The notes below the pieces were generated by a model, which had not been told where the DNA came from, ran no database searches, and worked only from the letters and a program-made list of their open reading frames with translations. Below are positions 1 through 11,696 of a DNA stretch of 64,000 nucleotides, piece by piece. The translations under genes and the position numbers were made by a program. The first letter of the stretch is position 1. Each line of letters begins with the position of its first letter. The DNA comes from Escherichia coli (lineage in GTDB: Bacteria > Pseudomonadota > Gammaproteobacteria > Enterobacterales > Enterobacteriaceae): the NCBI RefSeq assembly GCF_001677475.2, contig NZ_CP012497.1. One strand, written 5' to 3'.

Positions 1-1
1 T

Positions 2-1549
<1,548 letters not shown>

Positions 1550-1580
1550 GAAAAGCCCGGCGATCGGGCTTTTCTTTTAT
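1550..1580. terminator. bidirectional intrinsic terminator between convergent genes
   Basis: GC stem AAAAGCCCG/CGGGCTTTT with flanking A/T runs between the + strand gene ending 1549 and the - strand gene ending 1595. Confidence 0.5.
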
Positions 1581-1594
1581 AATGGGTTCAATTT

Positions 1595-2593
1595 TTATCC
1601 GTTACCGCACGACGGTTTCTGCGTGATAAACGTCTCAAGCATCTTTTCCGCAATTGCCGACCAGGTGTGACACTGGACCTTTTCAGCATTTTTCACGCGA
1701 TCAACGCGAGCAATAACCTCATCCCAATCAATCCGCGACTTGATAACCATATGGTTCACCAAAGCCAGGCGATCTGGCGGAAGGCAATCGGGAGGCGTTA
1801 ATACCAACGCCCCGCACATTGCCGCCTCAAGAACAGTTAATCCAAGGCTTTCGGGATGCGTAACGATAAAAACGTCACTCTTACGCAATTCAGCTGCAAA
1901 TTCGGTTGCTGGCACCGGCGTCCGTCTGTATGGAATTACCGAAATATTCCCCGGATCAATGGTAACCAATCCGTCATCAGTCAACGTTCTGGCCTCATAC
2001 GGAACGGTCAGACGCTGAAGGTTCATAAGGATACTTAAGGAGTGATCAAAACCACTAACATCAAATGCAGCGTGGTCTACAAAAATACGCAGAACATCGT
2101 CTGTTTTGGTTTCCAGATGGAACAGATCCTGATTCGCTGCCCATCCAACATGTTTGTTAAAGCGATTATGACGCTCTAACCTGCCGGGATTATCCAGGTA
2201 CCGCCAGGTATCATCGCGGACAGTAAAAGTAATATCGACTGGTGCCGAATCCAGCATAGAACCGTCGTATACCTGGGCTACCCATCCAGTGAATCGACGA
2301 CGCAGTTGCACGCCTATTTCCCTGGGCACCGTAGTAAAATACCGCAATCCTGGCGCTAAAATGGCTTTCGCAGAACACGAGGTCGCAGCGGTCAACACAG
2401 CTTCAACATAATCCTCCGGGCTTTCGACGCTGGGGGAATATGGACGATGGTATTGCAATGTTACCCCTGCCTCACTAAAGGCGCAGGCCAGGTTATAAGC
2501 CCACATTTCCGTATATGTTTTCACATCACTGATAGCTTCAAATTTTCGCCCAATGATCAGGATGTTCATCGGCTTTTCCTCATTCCATTGCAT
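1595..2593 (-). CDS. hypothetical protein downstream of ban (positional equivalent of P1 dbn)
   Basis: 332-aa ORF immediately downstream of and abutting the DnaB-like gene on the same strand. Confidence 0.45.
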   Translation of the reverse strand: MQWNEEKPMNILIIGRKFEAISDVKTYTEMWAYNLACAFSEAGVTLQYHRPYSPSVESPEDYVEAVLTAATSCSAKAILAPGLRYFTTVPREIGVQLRRRFTGWVAQVYDGSMLDSAPVDITFTVRDDTWRYLDNPGRLERHNRFNKHVGWAANQDLFHLETKTDDVLRIFVDHAAFDVSGFDHSLSILMNLQRLTVPYEARTLTDDGLVTIDPGNISVIPYRRTPVPATEFAAELRKSDVFIVTHPESLGLTVLEAAMCGALVLTPPDCLPPDRLALVNHMVIKSRIDWDEVIARVDRVKNAEKVQCHTWSAIAEKMLETFITQKPSCGNG

Positions 2594-3962
2594 TAATAAT
2601 CCTCTTGCCAGTCAGCACCGGCATAGTTATCAAACCGTGAGTATTGGCCGTTAAAAGCCAATCTCACCGTGCCAATTGGGCCATTTCGTTGCTTACCGAT
2701 AATTACCTCGGCAATGCCCTTCATTTCGCTATCCGGGTGATAAACTTCGTCACGATACAGAAACATGATCAGGTCTGCGTCCTGCTCAATTGCTCCTGAT
2801 TCACGTAAATCTGAATTTACCGGTCGTTTGTCCGCACGCTGTTCAAGCGATCGATTAAGTTGTGACAATGCCACCACCGGTACTTGTAATTCCTTCGCCA
2901 AAGCCTTCAGTGAGCGAGAAATCTCGGCAATTTCCAGCGTTCGGTTATCTTGCAGCTCGGGGACGCGCATAAGTTGCAGGTAGTCGATCATAATCATGCT
3001 CAAACCACCATTTTCTTTATAAACACGACGAGCGCGGGAACGAAGCTCTGTAGGTGTCAGGGCGCTTGAGTCATCAATAAAAATATTCTGCTTGTCCAAC
3101 AGAATCCCCATTGCGCCAGAAACCCGCGCCCAATCCTCGTCGTTAAGTTGCCCTGTTCGAATACGAGTCTGATCAACGCGTGCAAGAGAAGCCAGTGAGC
3201 GCATCATCAGCTGGTGGCTCGGCATCTCAAGGCTAAAAACCAATACGGGCTTATCGTTACGGACTGCGGCATTTTCGACGAGATTCATCGCAAACGTAGT
3301 CTTCCCCATCGATGGGCGGGCGGCGACAATAATGAGATCGGACGCCTGAAGTCCTGCCGTCTTCTTATTGAGATCGGTAAATCCGGTATCAAGCCCGTTA
3401 CACCATCATGCGGTCGCTGAAACAACTCTTCTATGCGAGATACCGTTGCATCGAGAATGCTGGCGATATCTTTTGGACCACTACCGCTCTTTTGTCGTTT
3501 TTCAGCTATTTCAAAAACGCGGCGCTCGGCCATATCCAGCAATTCATTGCTGCCCCTGCCATCCTGCGCATATCCAGCTTCAGCTATTTCATTTGCGACG
3601 GAAATCATTTCACGAACAACCGCGCGTTCACGAACGATATCCGCATAAGCACAAATATTTGCCGCGCTGGGCGTGTTCTTTGACATCTCCGCAAGGTACG
3701 CAAAACCACCGGCGCGTTCTAATTTACCGTTCTGTTCAAGTGCTTCAGCAAGTGTTATCAAATCAATCGGTTTGCCATGACTTAATAACCTCTCCATCTC
3801 ACTGAAAATTTCACGATGAGCACTGGTATAAAAATCATCAGCAACTATACGATCTGCAACTTCATCCCAGCGGCAGTTATCAAGCATTAAGCCACCAAGT
3901 ACAGCTTGTTCTGCACTAAGGGAATTTGGCATGGATTCAAGAGGGGATGCAGACATTAGCAC
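2593..3962 (-). CDS. ban: DnaB-family replicative helicase (P1 Ban-like), frame broken by a 1-nt indel
   Basis: N-terminal ORF 3285-3962 matches the DnaB N-domain up to HDGVTG; C-terminal ORF 2593-3309 starts MGKTTFAMNLVENAA (Walker A) with full RecA-like core; an alternate frame reads DTGFTDLNKKTAGLQASDLIIVAARPS bridging them; break at about 3388-3392. Confidence 0.85.
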
Positions 3963-4241
3963 TCCACCCAGGCGTGCTGAATGTCAGATATAATCGGCAT
4001 ACTCAAATCACTCCTAACGATATGAGTCATCACCAGAAAATCAGGATTAATGCGCCGGACTCTTCCCGGCTGTCACACCGAATCGCCAGGATGGTGAGTC
4101 CCTGTATCCGCTATCCCTCCAACGGTGACTTGCACATTTCGGCTACCTGGTTTGTTGCCTGAGCTAGGGGAAAAGGTAACCCCTTTAACGTTACCAGACC
4201 GCTAACGACGCATGTGCCAGACGCCGTGTTACAACCAAATA

Positions 4242-4317
4242 TGGTGGCCCCTACCGGACTTGAACCGGTGACCGTGCGATTATGAGTCGCCAGCTCTAAC
4301 CACTGAGCTAAAGGGCC
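4242..4317 (-). tRNA. trnI: tRNA with CAU anticodon (Ile2/lysidine-type-like, or Met)
   Basis: Reverse complement folds as a cloverleaf GGCCCTT..GCTCAGTGGTTAGAGC..CTCATAA..GGTTCAAGTCCGG..AGGGGCCACCA; close to the E. coli ileX sequence as recalled; CCA encoded. Confidence 0.8.
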
Positions 4318-4320
4318 GGA

Positions 4321-4428
4321 TTACTGTTTCCTAAGTGCTTCAATGGCGCTAACAATACCGCCTACAACTATGGCAACAATGATAATGAGAACAATTGGAT
4401 ACTTATCTGCAAAATCCCAGAAGCTCAT
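4321..4428 (-). CDS. tiny hydrophobic membrane protein (35 aa)
   Basis: Hand-translated MSFWDFADKYPIVLIIIVAIVVGGIVSAIEALRKQ; start ATG overlaps the upstream stop (TGATG); not in the ORF track because under 60 aa. Confidence 0.35.
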   Translation of the reverse strand: MSFWDFADKYPIVLIIIVAIVVGGIVSAIEALRKQ

Positions 4429-4592
4429 CACTGATCCTTCGAGGCTGGTTTAAATATCGGCCATACCAATGTTACAGCTACTGCTACCAACGCCCCGTCG
4501 GATAAAACCGACAGGATTGTGCTGGTGAAATCCACCAGCACAGATAGCACGAGAAAAACCAAAGCCAGAATTAGACGTGCTTTTATAACCAT
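4428..4592 (-). CDS. small membrane protein (54 aa)
   Basis: Hand-translated MVIKARLILALVFLVLSVLVDFTSTILSVLSDGALVAVAVTLVWPIFKPASKDQ; start overlaps the TerB-like stop (TGATG), suggesting translational coupling. Confidence 0.4.
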   Translation of the reverse strand: MVIKARLILALVFLVLSVLVDFTSTILSVLSDGALVAVAVTLVWPIFKPASKDQ

Positions 4593-5017
4593 CAGATATA
4601 CTGTTCCAGTGGCAATTGAAGAGCCTGGGCAATTTTCTTCAATTGCTCCTGCTCTTCTGCCCCAATGCCATCCTGGTCAGCAATATCAATGCATAGGCAC
4701 AGAACATCTACCGCATCATTAGTTCCAGACACGTCAGCCAGTTCACGTAAAGCCTGGGCATTCGCTCGGCGCGGCGAGGCTTCATATTGAGCGCGAATAT
4801 TGGCGCTCATCTGGGCAATTTCACCGGAGAACGGCGCAAAGGCAGGAAGTGCTGCAATGGTTTTTTCCAATACTGCAATTTCTTTCGCATCGCAGGTGCC
4901 GTCAGAGTATGCAATGGAATATGCGCCCCAGACAGTCGCTTCCACCGCATCACGGTTTTCCATCTTCTTGACTCCGCCAGCCGCTTTGCGGAATTTCTTT
5001 TTGAGAATACCGAGCAT
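4592..5017 (-). CDS. TerB-like protein (P1 Tci-type)
   Basis: 141-aa ORF with TerB-domain character (AYSDGTCDAKEIAVLEKTIAALP, acidic C-terminus); position between the tRNAs and ban matches the P1 tci cluster. Confidence 0.55.
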   Translation of the reverse strand: MLGILKKKFRKAAGGVKKMENRDAVEATVWGAYSIAYSDGTCDAKEIAVLEKTIAALPAFAPFSGEIAQMSANIRAQYEASPRRANAQALRELADVSGTNDAVDVLCLCIDIADQDGIGAEEQEQLKKIAQALQLPLEQYI

Positions 5018-5193
5018 TTATTAACCTCATTACTGGTTGGGAAATAAGGTTGCGGTGCCGGGTGCCTCCCGGTGTCCTTTGGCTGGTTATCCACCGTGGA
5101 CGGGGAAATAAGGAGAAATAATGGACAGATATAACCATTTCCCCGCGTGCGCTTAGCCGCATTCACCGCAACGGAAAGAGCATTCCTGGTGGA

Positions 5194-5944
5194 CCTGTAG
5201 ATTGGGATATGAACCCGTTACAGGAGAATGCTCTTACCTGTTACGTGCTCCGTTTCGTGGAGCTAACGGCGGGTGATCGGGCCGCACCAGACTGGACTTA
5301 TTTCAGCGTTATGCTCATGCCAGAGAATCAAACTGTGATGGTCGGTGCTGAACTCCGACACAGGGTTGTAGCAAGCCCCGCAAAGCGCGCACTACTGTAG
5401 TTGCGGCACATCAGCCTGTGCATTCACCACAATGTTGAGAACACTGGTTGTCACGCTGCAACGCAACATTTATTCGTAGATTGGGATATGACCCCGTTAC
5501 GCCAGTGTTCTCAACGTTGTAGTGCCGGTTACGGTTCCGGCCAGGCCTCTTCCTCAACGGGGTGTTCTCCATACGGACTACCGTTTATTGGTCGTTCCTG
5601 CGGTTTATGTTGTGAAGCCAGATGCTTATCTTCTGGTTGCTTCAAAGAGCTGCACTTCATCACAACGGTAAGAGCACTCGATGCATTTAAGCCAAGCCCC
5701 ATAAGGGAGAATGCCCTTACCTGTTGTGTTGTGATGACCGGTGCTGATCTCCGGCTTGCGGTTATTTCAGACTCTCACGGGCGTTTAATTGCCCCGCCGA
5801 ACAGCTCTTTTCCGCAATAGCTGCAATGTCTTTCGCGCATCAGCCTGCGCATTCATCACAACGGTAAGGGTACTTCGTAGGGATTCGAACCCTCTGCCAA
5901 GCTCGGCGATCTCCGACGTCGCAAAATACCCTTACCTGTTGTGC
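5194..5944. repeat. array of short repeats and tRNA-like remnants
   Basis: Two copies of a 25-bp palindrome-flanked core GTAGATTGGGATATGA(A/C)CCCGTTAC (5194-5224, 5475-5501); motif CCTTACCTGTTGTG/CTTACCTGTTACG at 5225-5250, 5706-5738, 5921-5944 and again at 6365-6390; no convincing ORF. Confidence 0.4.
5868..5931 (-). other. tRNA-like fragment (T-arm and acceptor remnant)
   Basis: Contains GGTTCGAATCC T-loop and a D-arm-like GCGA..TCGC, but does not fold into a complete cloverleaf. Confidence 0.3.
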
Positions 5945-6020
5945 TGGTGCCGATTAACGGACTCGAACCGCTGACATCCTGCTTACAAGGCAGGCGCTCT
6001 ACCAACTGAGCTAAACCGGC
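5945..6020 (-). tRNA. trnT: tRNA-Thr (anticodon UGU)
   Basis: Reverse complement GCCGGTTTAGCTCAGTTGGTAGAGCGCCTGCCTTGTAAGCAGGATGTCAGCGGTTCGAGTCCGTTAATCGGCACCA folds as a canonical cloverleaf, CCA encoded. Confidence 0.85.
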
Positions 6021-6025
6021 ATTGG

Positions 6026-6098
6026 CGATGGTGGATGGATTTGAACCATCGACCCGTTGATTAACAGTCAACCGCTCTAACCGCTGAGCTACACCATC
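6026..6098 (-). tRNA. trnA: tRNA-Asn (anticodon GUU)
   Basis: Reverse complement GATGGTGTAGCTCAGCGGTTAGAGCGGTTGACTGTTAATCAACGGGTCGATGGTTCAAATCCATCCACCATCG folds as a cloverleaf; 5 nt from the tRNA-Thr. Confidence 0.85.
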
Positions 6099-6763
6099 AC
6101 TTGCCGGGTACGTCTCCGGCGAGGGCTTCCACCTCCGTATGCTTTTCGGCGCACCGCGCCCTGGCTGCAATTCGGTAACAGGGGATGCACAACCCTGGCT
6201 TCCAGCGTGATTAGCGCCTTCAGCATGACGGGATATACCCGTAAATTCGTGGAACTGTACCCAAAGTGCTGTTAAGCACCGCTGTTACGCTGAAAAGAAA
6301 ACGCAACAGGAAAGGACGCTGACCAACAGATGGCCCCTTCTCGTTCATCTGGTTAATCACACCAGCGCCCTTACCTGTTGTGCCTCCCCGTTCCCTAATA
6401 CACAGACGGGGACACTCTGCGGTCGATTTTTTGACGGGGGACGACTCATACCCCGTGGCATCTGGCTTCTTAGGCCGCTACCATCATCAGATCATCGTTT
6501 GCATTTACTTTAATGGTCAGTTTCTAAACCGCCGCAAAGTCGCTAACTATGACGAAAACCCTGAAAAAAACGCCCACCCGAAGATGGGCAAACTGGAAGC
6601 TCGTAACGCACTTCGGCGTTGCCACTTAGGCGCATGGTCAACCTGGCAACTCGGTGGTTTGTCTGGGAGGACTAGGCCCAGCCATGCTTACCGCCGCGCC
6701 TGTCGCGGCTAACAGCTAAATCGCTCTATAAATCACGATTCATTGAGGCGATATTACACTAAT

Positions 6764-6780
6764 AAATTTATTAGAGCAAT
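6764..6780. promoter_or_regulatory. P1 C1 repressor operator, perfect consensus match, with overlapping promoter for the tRNA-tci-ban operon
   Basis: Reverse complement is ATTGCTCTAATAAATTT (17/17 to the C1 operator consensus); just downstream of the dmt stop and upstream of the tRNAs on the minus strand. Confidence 0.7.
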
Positions 6781-6799
6781 ATACCCAAAACGTCATGAG

Positions 6800-9700
6800 C
6801 TACACCTCGAGTGTCCCCTTACAAGACACAGAACGTCTGGCAAAAAGAGGTTCCACTCTGAAGCCACTGTCATGATAAAGCTCTCTGATGTTTGGCGCGC
6901 CACTGTTAGTAATGAGAACCTTTGCACCTCGACGATGAGCATCCGTCAACAGAGACACCAGGCGTTTTTGCTCTTCAAACTTAAAGTCATGACCGGAATA
7001 GTTCGTGAATCCCTCTGTATTTGGAAGCGGTTCATACGGCGGATCGCAAAAGATGACATCTCCTTCTCCGGCAGCTTCAATCACCGCTGCAAAATCACCG
7101 CATACAAACTCAGACCGCCCTTCCGCACCGAGGAAGGCTTCCATCTCCTGTAATGGGAAATACGGAGTTTTATACTTCCCGTAACCGACATTGAACTCAC
7201 CGGCCTGGTTGTAACGCGTCAATCCGTTAAAACAATGTCGGTTCAGGAACAAAAACGCCGCTGCGCGATGTAAATCATCATAGACTTGTTTGTTAAACGC
7301 ATTCCGTACTGCCAGGTATCCTTCCTGTGTGTTGTAGTCCTGGAAGAAACGATGTGCCAGAGTGATAAGTGAATGCGCCTCGCGTTGCAGAGTCTTGTAA
7401 AAGTTAATCAGGTCAGCATTCACATCATTTAGCAGATTTTCCTGGTATCCGGCATTCATGAAGACAGCTCCGCCACCAACGAAAGGTTCAATCAGGCGCT
7501 TCCCTTCTGGCAAATAGCGAAAGATTTGTTCCAGAACACCAAATTTTCCACCAGCCCATTTGAATATGGACCGTTCGAATTCTGCCGCTGGTTTAACTTT
7601 TCGCTCTTTTGTTTCACTTCCTTCTTTCTGCCGACATACGGCCTTAGTAATCCGATCGCCAATCCAGCGCATTACTGGTATTGCCATACTATTGCCGATC
7701 GCTTTGTAACGCGGTCCGTCAGCTGCAAGCATCGCGGCCTCTTCTTCGCTTAAATCTGGATAGTGATTGCGAAGATATGCCAGTTCATCTGAATTAACTT
7801 TTTTACGCTTTTCCGTCGGGATCAACGTATGCCCATCAGGAAAACCTTGCAGCCTTTCACATTCGACAGGGGTAAGACGGCGGACAGCTACTTCTGCGTT
7901 TCTTACTTCATAGCAAACAGCTGTTGGATTTTTAGCCATTAGAGATGGTGAAGTATTCTTAGTTGCAGCATGTTGTGTACCGCTCATACGCTCAGGAAAA
8001 GCCAATGTAACAAGATGCTCATGGCTTTCTTGCTCACGTGCCCGCAATGTACCATGCCCTTCTGACCAAAAACCTGCTCCTGTGCTGCTAAAAACGGCAA
8101 GGTCAGTGGCATCTTTAAAATCTCTTGCCTTTACTGTCGATGCGGTTTCATCGTCAATATATTCCCCAAATGCCGCCATCCTGAAAGCGTTTACGGCTTT
8201 CGTCGATTTCATACCGGGTGGCATGTCAGCGTGTAGGCATGGATTTAGGCTTTCGCCACTGATTGCAGCGCCATTTGCAATAATGGCGGAAGCGATTTCC
8301 TTCTTTTTTCGGCTCGGCGCAATATTCCGGCGCACGCCTTCGAACTCAAAAAGTACCGTTGCGGGATCGAGGTCTGTTCGAGCACTTGCGACAACAAACA
8401 CGCGTCGGCGTCGTTGTGCCACTCCGAAGTATTGGGCATCAAGGATTCTCCAGGCCACCTTTCGCTGCGGTCCATAAATACAACCACACTGCGGCCACTT
8501 TGGAGCATGGCAACCGGTTTTGCCATCCCACCGCCAGAACGCGTTACTTTTTCCTGATTCAGGTCGATCACCTGGTTCAAATGGCGCATCTTCTCCAGCC
8601 AATCCGGCAAGGAAACATCCGAAGGCGTTATCTGCCGATGACAGGACTCCTGGGACATTTTCCCAGACGATAACTGTCGGTTTGAGGAAGGACTCAGACC
8701 GTTTGTCGTCAATTGCATTTGCAAGCTCCACATACTTCAAAGTTAGCGCGCCGCGTTCATCATCAAGCCCACCACGTAAGCCCGCGATACTGAATGCCTG
8801 ACAGTTATGGACCACCGCACCATTGAGGATATAGGAATGATCACCTTCGACTTCTATGTTGTATACAGTATCTAGGCCTACCGATTTAAACTCTTTGACT
8901 GTTCGTAAAAGCATTCCATGAGCCAATCTTGATTTACGTGACAATTTCTGCGGGCAGATTGTTACCTGATAATAATTCCGTTGATTTACCACGCGATCCT
9001 CGATCACTTTTTTGGGCTCAACTTCAATAAAGCTGACCGAAGAAACATAACCACAAGTCTGTGACAACCCCGCAACGCCCCAAGCAAGCGCAGGACTAAC
9101 ACTATTAATTCTAAATCCCGCTTTACCACTTGGTGTCCCATCAGTATCAAGATAGCCTTGTAAAAACACATGACGCAATGGATGCGACATCACCCATGCA
9201 GGGATACGCTTAGCATGGCTTAACTCGCCAAAATGTTCATTAAGCCAATTGGCATAACACGTATCATTCAAGGTTACTTTGATGCTCCCTCGGATTTCGC
9301 TTGCCACGGAAAATATGTTTTCTGGTATGCGGCAATGAAACTTTCTCAATTTCTGGCAATTTATGCCAAAAACAACCGCCTTCTTAGATTTACCTCTCCA
9401 TCTCCTAATATATCCATCGCCAACATAAGCGCCCGCAAGATACATAGCCTGTTCTTCAGACAAGAACCGAGAACAAATATCTGGAGATGCAATATTGAAA
9501 TTAGTTAGAGCGCACCATTGATATCCCGGCATATCACATGCTGCTCGCCATTCCGGTTCAGACAACAACTCTCTCTTAAAATATGTGCCATTTTTCCGGG
9601 TGTTTTGGGCTTTCCACCGAACAGCCAGGAAGGGATGGTCATTGGTTGTTCTTATACCTAAAGGCTGCCCAACGGCATTAAGTAACCCCGTATTAGCTAT

Positions 9701-10056
9701 TTTTGAACCAACTCTTTTTACTTGTTGTAACCGCCCGAGATGACTGACTACGTAATCGCCAGGGCAAACATCTTCTATTGGTTTATAACCATTTTTACAA
9801 AGAACCATATGCCCCGCGGTAAAACATGGTGTTCCCCGACGAGCACGTCAGGGGATTCGATTTCCCCAGCCAAGACTTTTTTGGCAAGTTTTGTCATGTC
9901 GCCAAGGTTGGCGACATGGGGCCAGCGGAGCGCAAGAACGGCAGATGGAAAAGGCTCGATTTCAGCAAACCACGCCGGACGCATACCCAACGGTTCCCAG
10001 GCAATACTCGCGGCTTCAATTCCACTGCAAACAGATCCATAGCACAGCTCTTTCAC
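6800..10056 (-). CDS. dmt: bifunctional DNA methyltransferase (C5-cytosine domain plus Dam-like N6-adenine domain), intein-containing, frame broken near 9834-9837
   Basis: C5-MTase motifs [40 protein letters not shown]; Dam motifs FVGGGAV and DPPY at the C-terminus; GTG start overlaps the hrdC stop; the N-terminal 77 codons are in a different frame, joined across a C-run. Confidence 0.85.
8804..9826 (-). mobile_element. intein with LAGLIDADG homing-endonuclease domain, inserted at the catalytic Cys of the C5-MTase
   Basis: 341-aa insertion starting CFTAGHMVL and ending ILNGAVVHN followed by Cys+1 of CQAFSIAG; LAGLIDADG-like motifs [13 protein letters not shown] and [11 protein letters not shown]. 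Confidence 0.75.
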
Positions 10057-10961
10057 TGCTTAGCCTCTCCGCCAAGGGCATTTACCAGAGCATCAACCAG
10101 GCACGAAATTTCACTGGTCAACAGGAAGAAATCTGCGTCCAGTCGCTGCGCAACATCTTCACTATCAATATCAGAGTTCTGCTCAAGCAATTCATCCGCA
10201 AATTTGACGCTGGTAAGGCTGAAGTTATGGTCCAGTGTAAATTTAATGCGGTTCTGCCAGTCGAGTGCCAACTTAGTGACGAGCTTGCCAGCTTCCAGGT
10301 GTGTGGAAATTTCATCGCTTCCCAAATCCTGCTTTTTCACTCGGGCAATACCGCCATCCTCAAGCACTGCCTTAAGTTCTGCCGCATCCCCCATTTGAAA
10401 TCCCTGTGGAGCACTACCATCACGTACCCAGTCGGTCAGCGTTAATTCAATGGGATTTTCAACACTTAGGGGAACAACAGGAAGAGAACCCAGAGACTTA
10501 CGCATAAGTGCGAGCATATCCTCTGCCTGCCGCGCGCTGGCATTGATATAGATACGTTTAGTTGAACCATCGTAGATCGCCTGGATAACAGAAAACTTTG
10601 AAAAAGCCCGTGGCAGAAGAGAATGCAGAACTTCGTCTTTCAGGGAATCCTTCTCTGTTTTCTTCAGTTTACGCGCTTGTTCTTGCTCAAGTTTTTCAAT
10701 TTTTTCTTGAATAGCTCGCTGGATAACCGGCGGGGGAAGAATTTTTGTTTCGCGCTTTGCTTCAACAAGGATAAAACCATTTCCATGCATAGCGATAACT
10801 TCGGAATTATCACCAAATGGCGATACAAAACCGAACTTGGCCATATCCTGACTACCGCATGGCGTGAAAAGGATCATTTTCTTTTTATCTTCTAAGTCGG
10901 TCAGATCCGCCTCACGAGAAAGTTTATAAATAGTAATGTTTTTCCAGTGCTTAAACATGTT
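10053..10961 (-). CDS. hrdC: RdgC-like recombination-associated protein (P1 hrdC)
   Basis: Colinear similarity to E. coli RdgC ([59 protein letters not shown]); start taken at internal Met MFKHWKNI. Confidence 0.85.
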   Translation of the reverse strand, partial: NMFKHWKNITIYKLSREADLTDLEDKKKMILFTPCGSQDMAKFGFVSPFGDNSEVIAMHGNGFILVEAKRETKILPPPVIQRAIQEKIEKLEQEQARKLKKTEKDSLKDEVLHSLLPRAFSKFSVIQAIYDGSTKRIYINASARQAEDMLALMRKSLGSLPVVPLSVENPIELTLTDWVRDGSAPQGFQMGDAAELKAVLEDGGIARVKKQDLGSDEISTHLEAGKLVTKLALDWQNRIKFTLDHNFSLTSVKFADELLEQNSDIDSEDVAQRLDADFFLLTSEISCLVDALVNALGGEAKQ

Positions 10962-11306
10962 GTAACCCTTGAATATCAACCACAGAAAGCTCGTCTTTGT
11001 AGAAAAAGGCCAAGTTGTGGCACCCCCTCGTTTGAGCGTATGAGCTGGGACCAATTTCGTTCTTCCAGACAAATGGCTTCAAATCCGTACGGCGAAGCAT
11101 AAAAACGCGATTTGTTCCGCTCTGATTCCCAATGAGGCAAAAGCCTTCTTTCACCTTGATAGCCTGCAAGTTGTCGAGTTCACCGCTGGTTACACGGCTA
11201 TCGAACTCCTTGCGGCTTATTAGCTCCATCTGCATCTGACGACTCCAAACAAATGCCCATTGAAGGGCGATGGCTGAATGGTACCGAAAATACTACATAA
11301 AAAACA

Positions 11307-11323
11307 ATATTCATTAGAGCAAT
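11307..11323. promoter_or_regulatory. C1 operator-like site upstream of hrdC-dmt
   Basis: Reverse complement ATTGCTCTAATGAATAT, partial match to the C1 consensus, in an AT-rich intergenic region. Confidence 0.4.
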
Positions 11324-11403
11324 TATGCAATAGTGAACGCTATGTAGACCACAAGTAACATAGGTTAAAATAACGAAAACCAGAGCAAATAATTGGTGAT
11401 TAC

Positions 11404-11688
11404 GTGGCAAGTATTGCAACAAAAGACAGCATTTGTTCGGGGCACGGAGGATTCCCATCCAGGCCTCCTGTAGAGAGTGAACCACTACTTAAAGTCAACG
11501 GAGTCGAAGTGTTAGTTGATGGTAAGCAATATGCACAGCATACCGATGGAAACAGTACGCACGGTGGGCAAGCTATATCAACCAGGGCATGGTTTACCGT
11601 CAATGGTAAAGGGATCGTATGCGTTGGTGACCCTGTTTCATGCGGCTCTACCGTAGCGTCAGGTGACGGCCTGGTTCAGGTAAGTTAG
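11404..11688 (+). CDS. PAAR-like small protein
   Basis: GTG start; Gly/Cys pattern KVNGVEVLVDGK and TVNGKGIVCVGDPVSCGSTVASGDGLVQV resembles PAAR repeats. Confidence 0.45.
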   Translation: MASIATKDSICSGHGGFPSRPPVESEPLLKVNGVEVLVDGKQYAQHTDGNSTHGGQAISTRAWFTVNGKGIVCVGDPVSCGSTVASGDGLVQVS

Positions 11689-11696
11689 GAGATATC

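Noticed and set aside
5401-5820. 139-aa Cys-rich ORF in the repeat region
   Set aside because: It lies within the degenerate repeat/tRNA-remnant array, its composition looks like translated repeats, and it has no RBS or conservation cues.
6380-6712. 110-aa + strand ORF between tRNA-Asn and the C1 operator
   Set aside because: It falls in the promoter-proximal leader of the minus-strand tRNA-ban operon, opposite to all neighbouring genes, with an Arg/His-rich arbitrary composition.
6800-9808. Single 1002-aa polypeptide as a novel giant methyltransferase or restriction-modification fusion
   Set aside because: The extra 341 aa have canonical intein junctions and LAGLIDADG motifs; the mature enzyme is better explained as an ordinary bifunctional Dmt after protein splicing.
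10951-11485. Minus-strand ORFs 10951-11235 and 11198-11485 as genes upstream of hrdC
   Set aside because: They overlap the extended hrdC N-terminus and an AT-rich operator/promoter region, and overlap each other; more likely non-coding leader.
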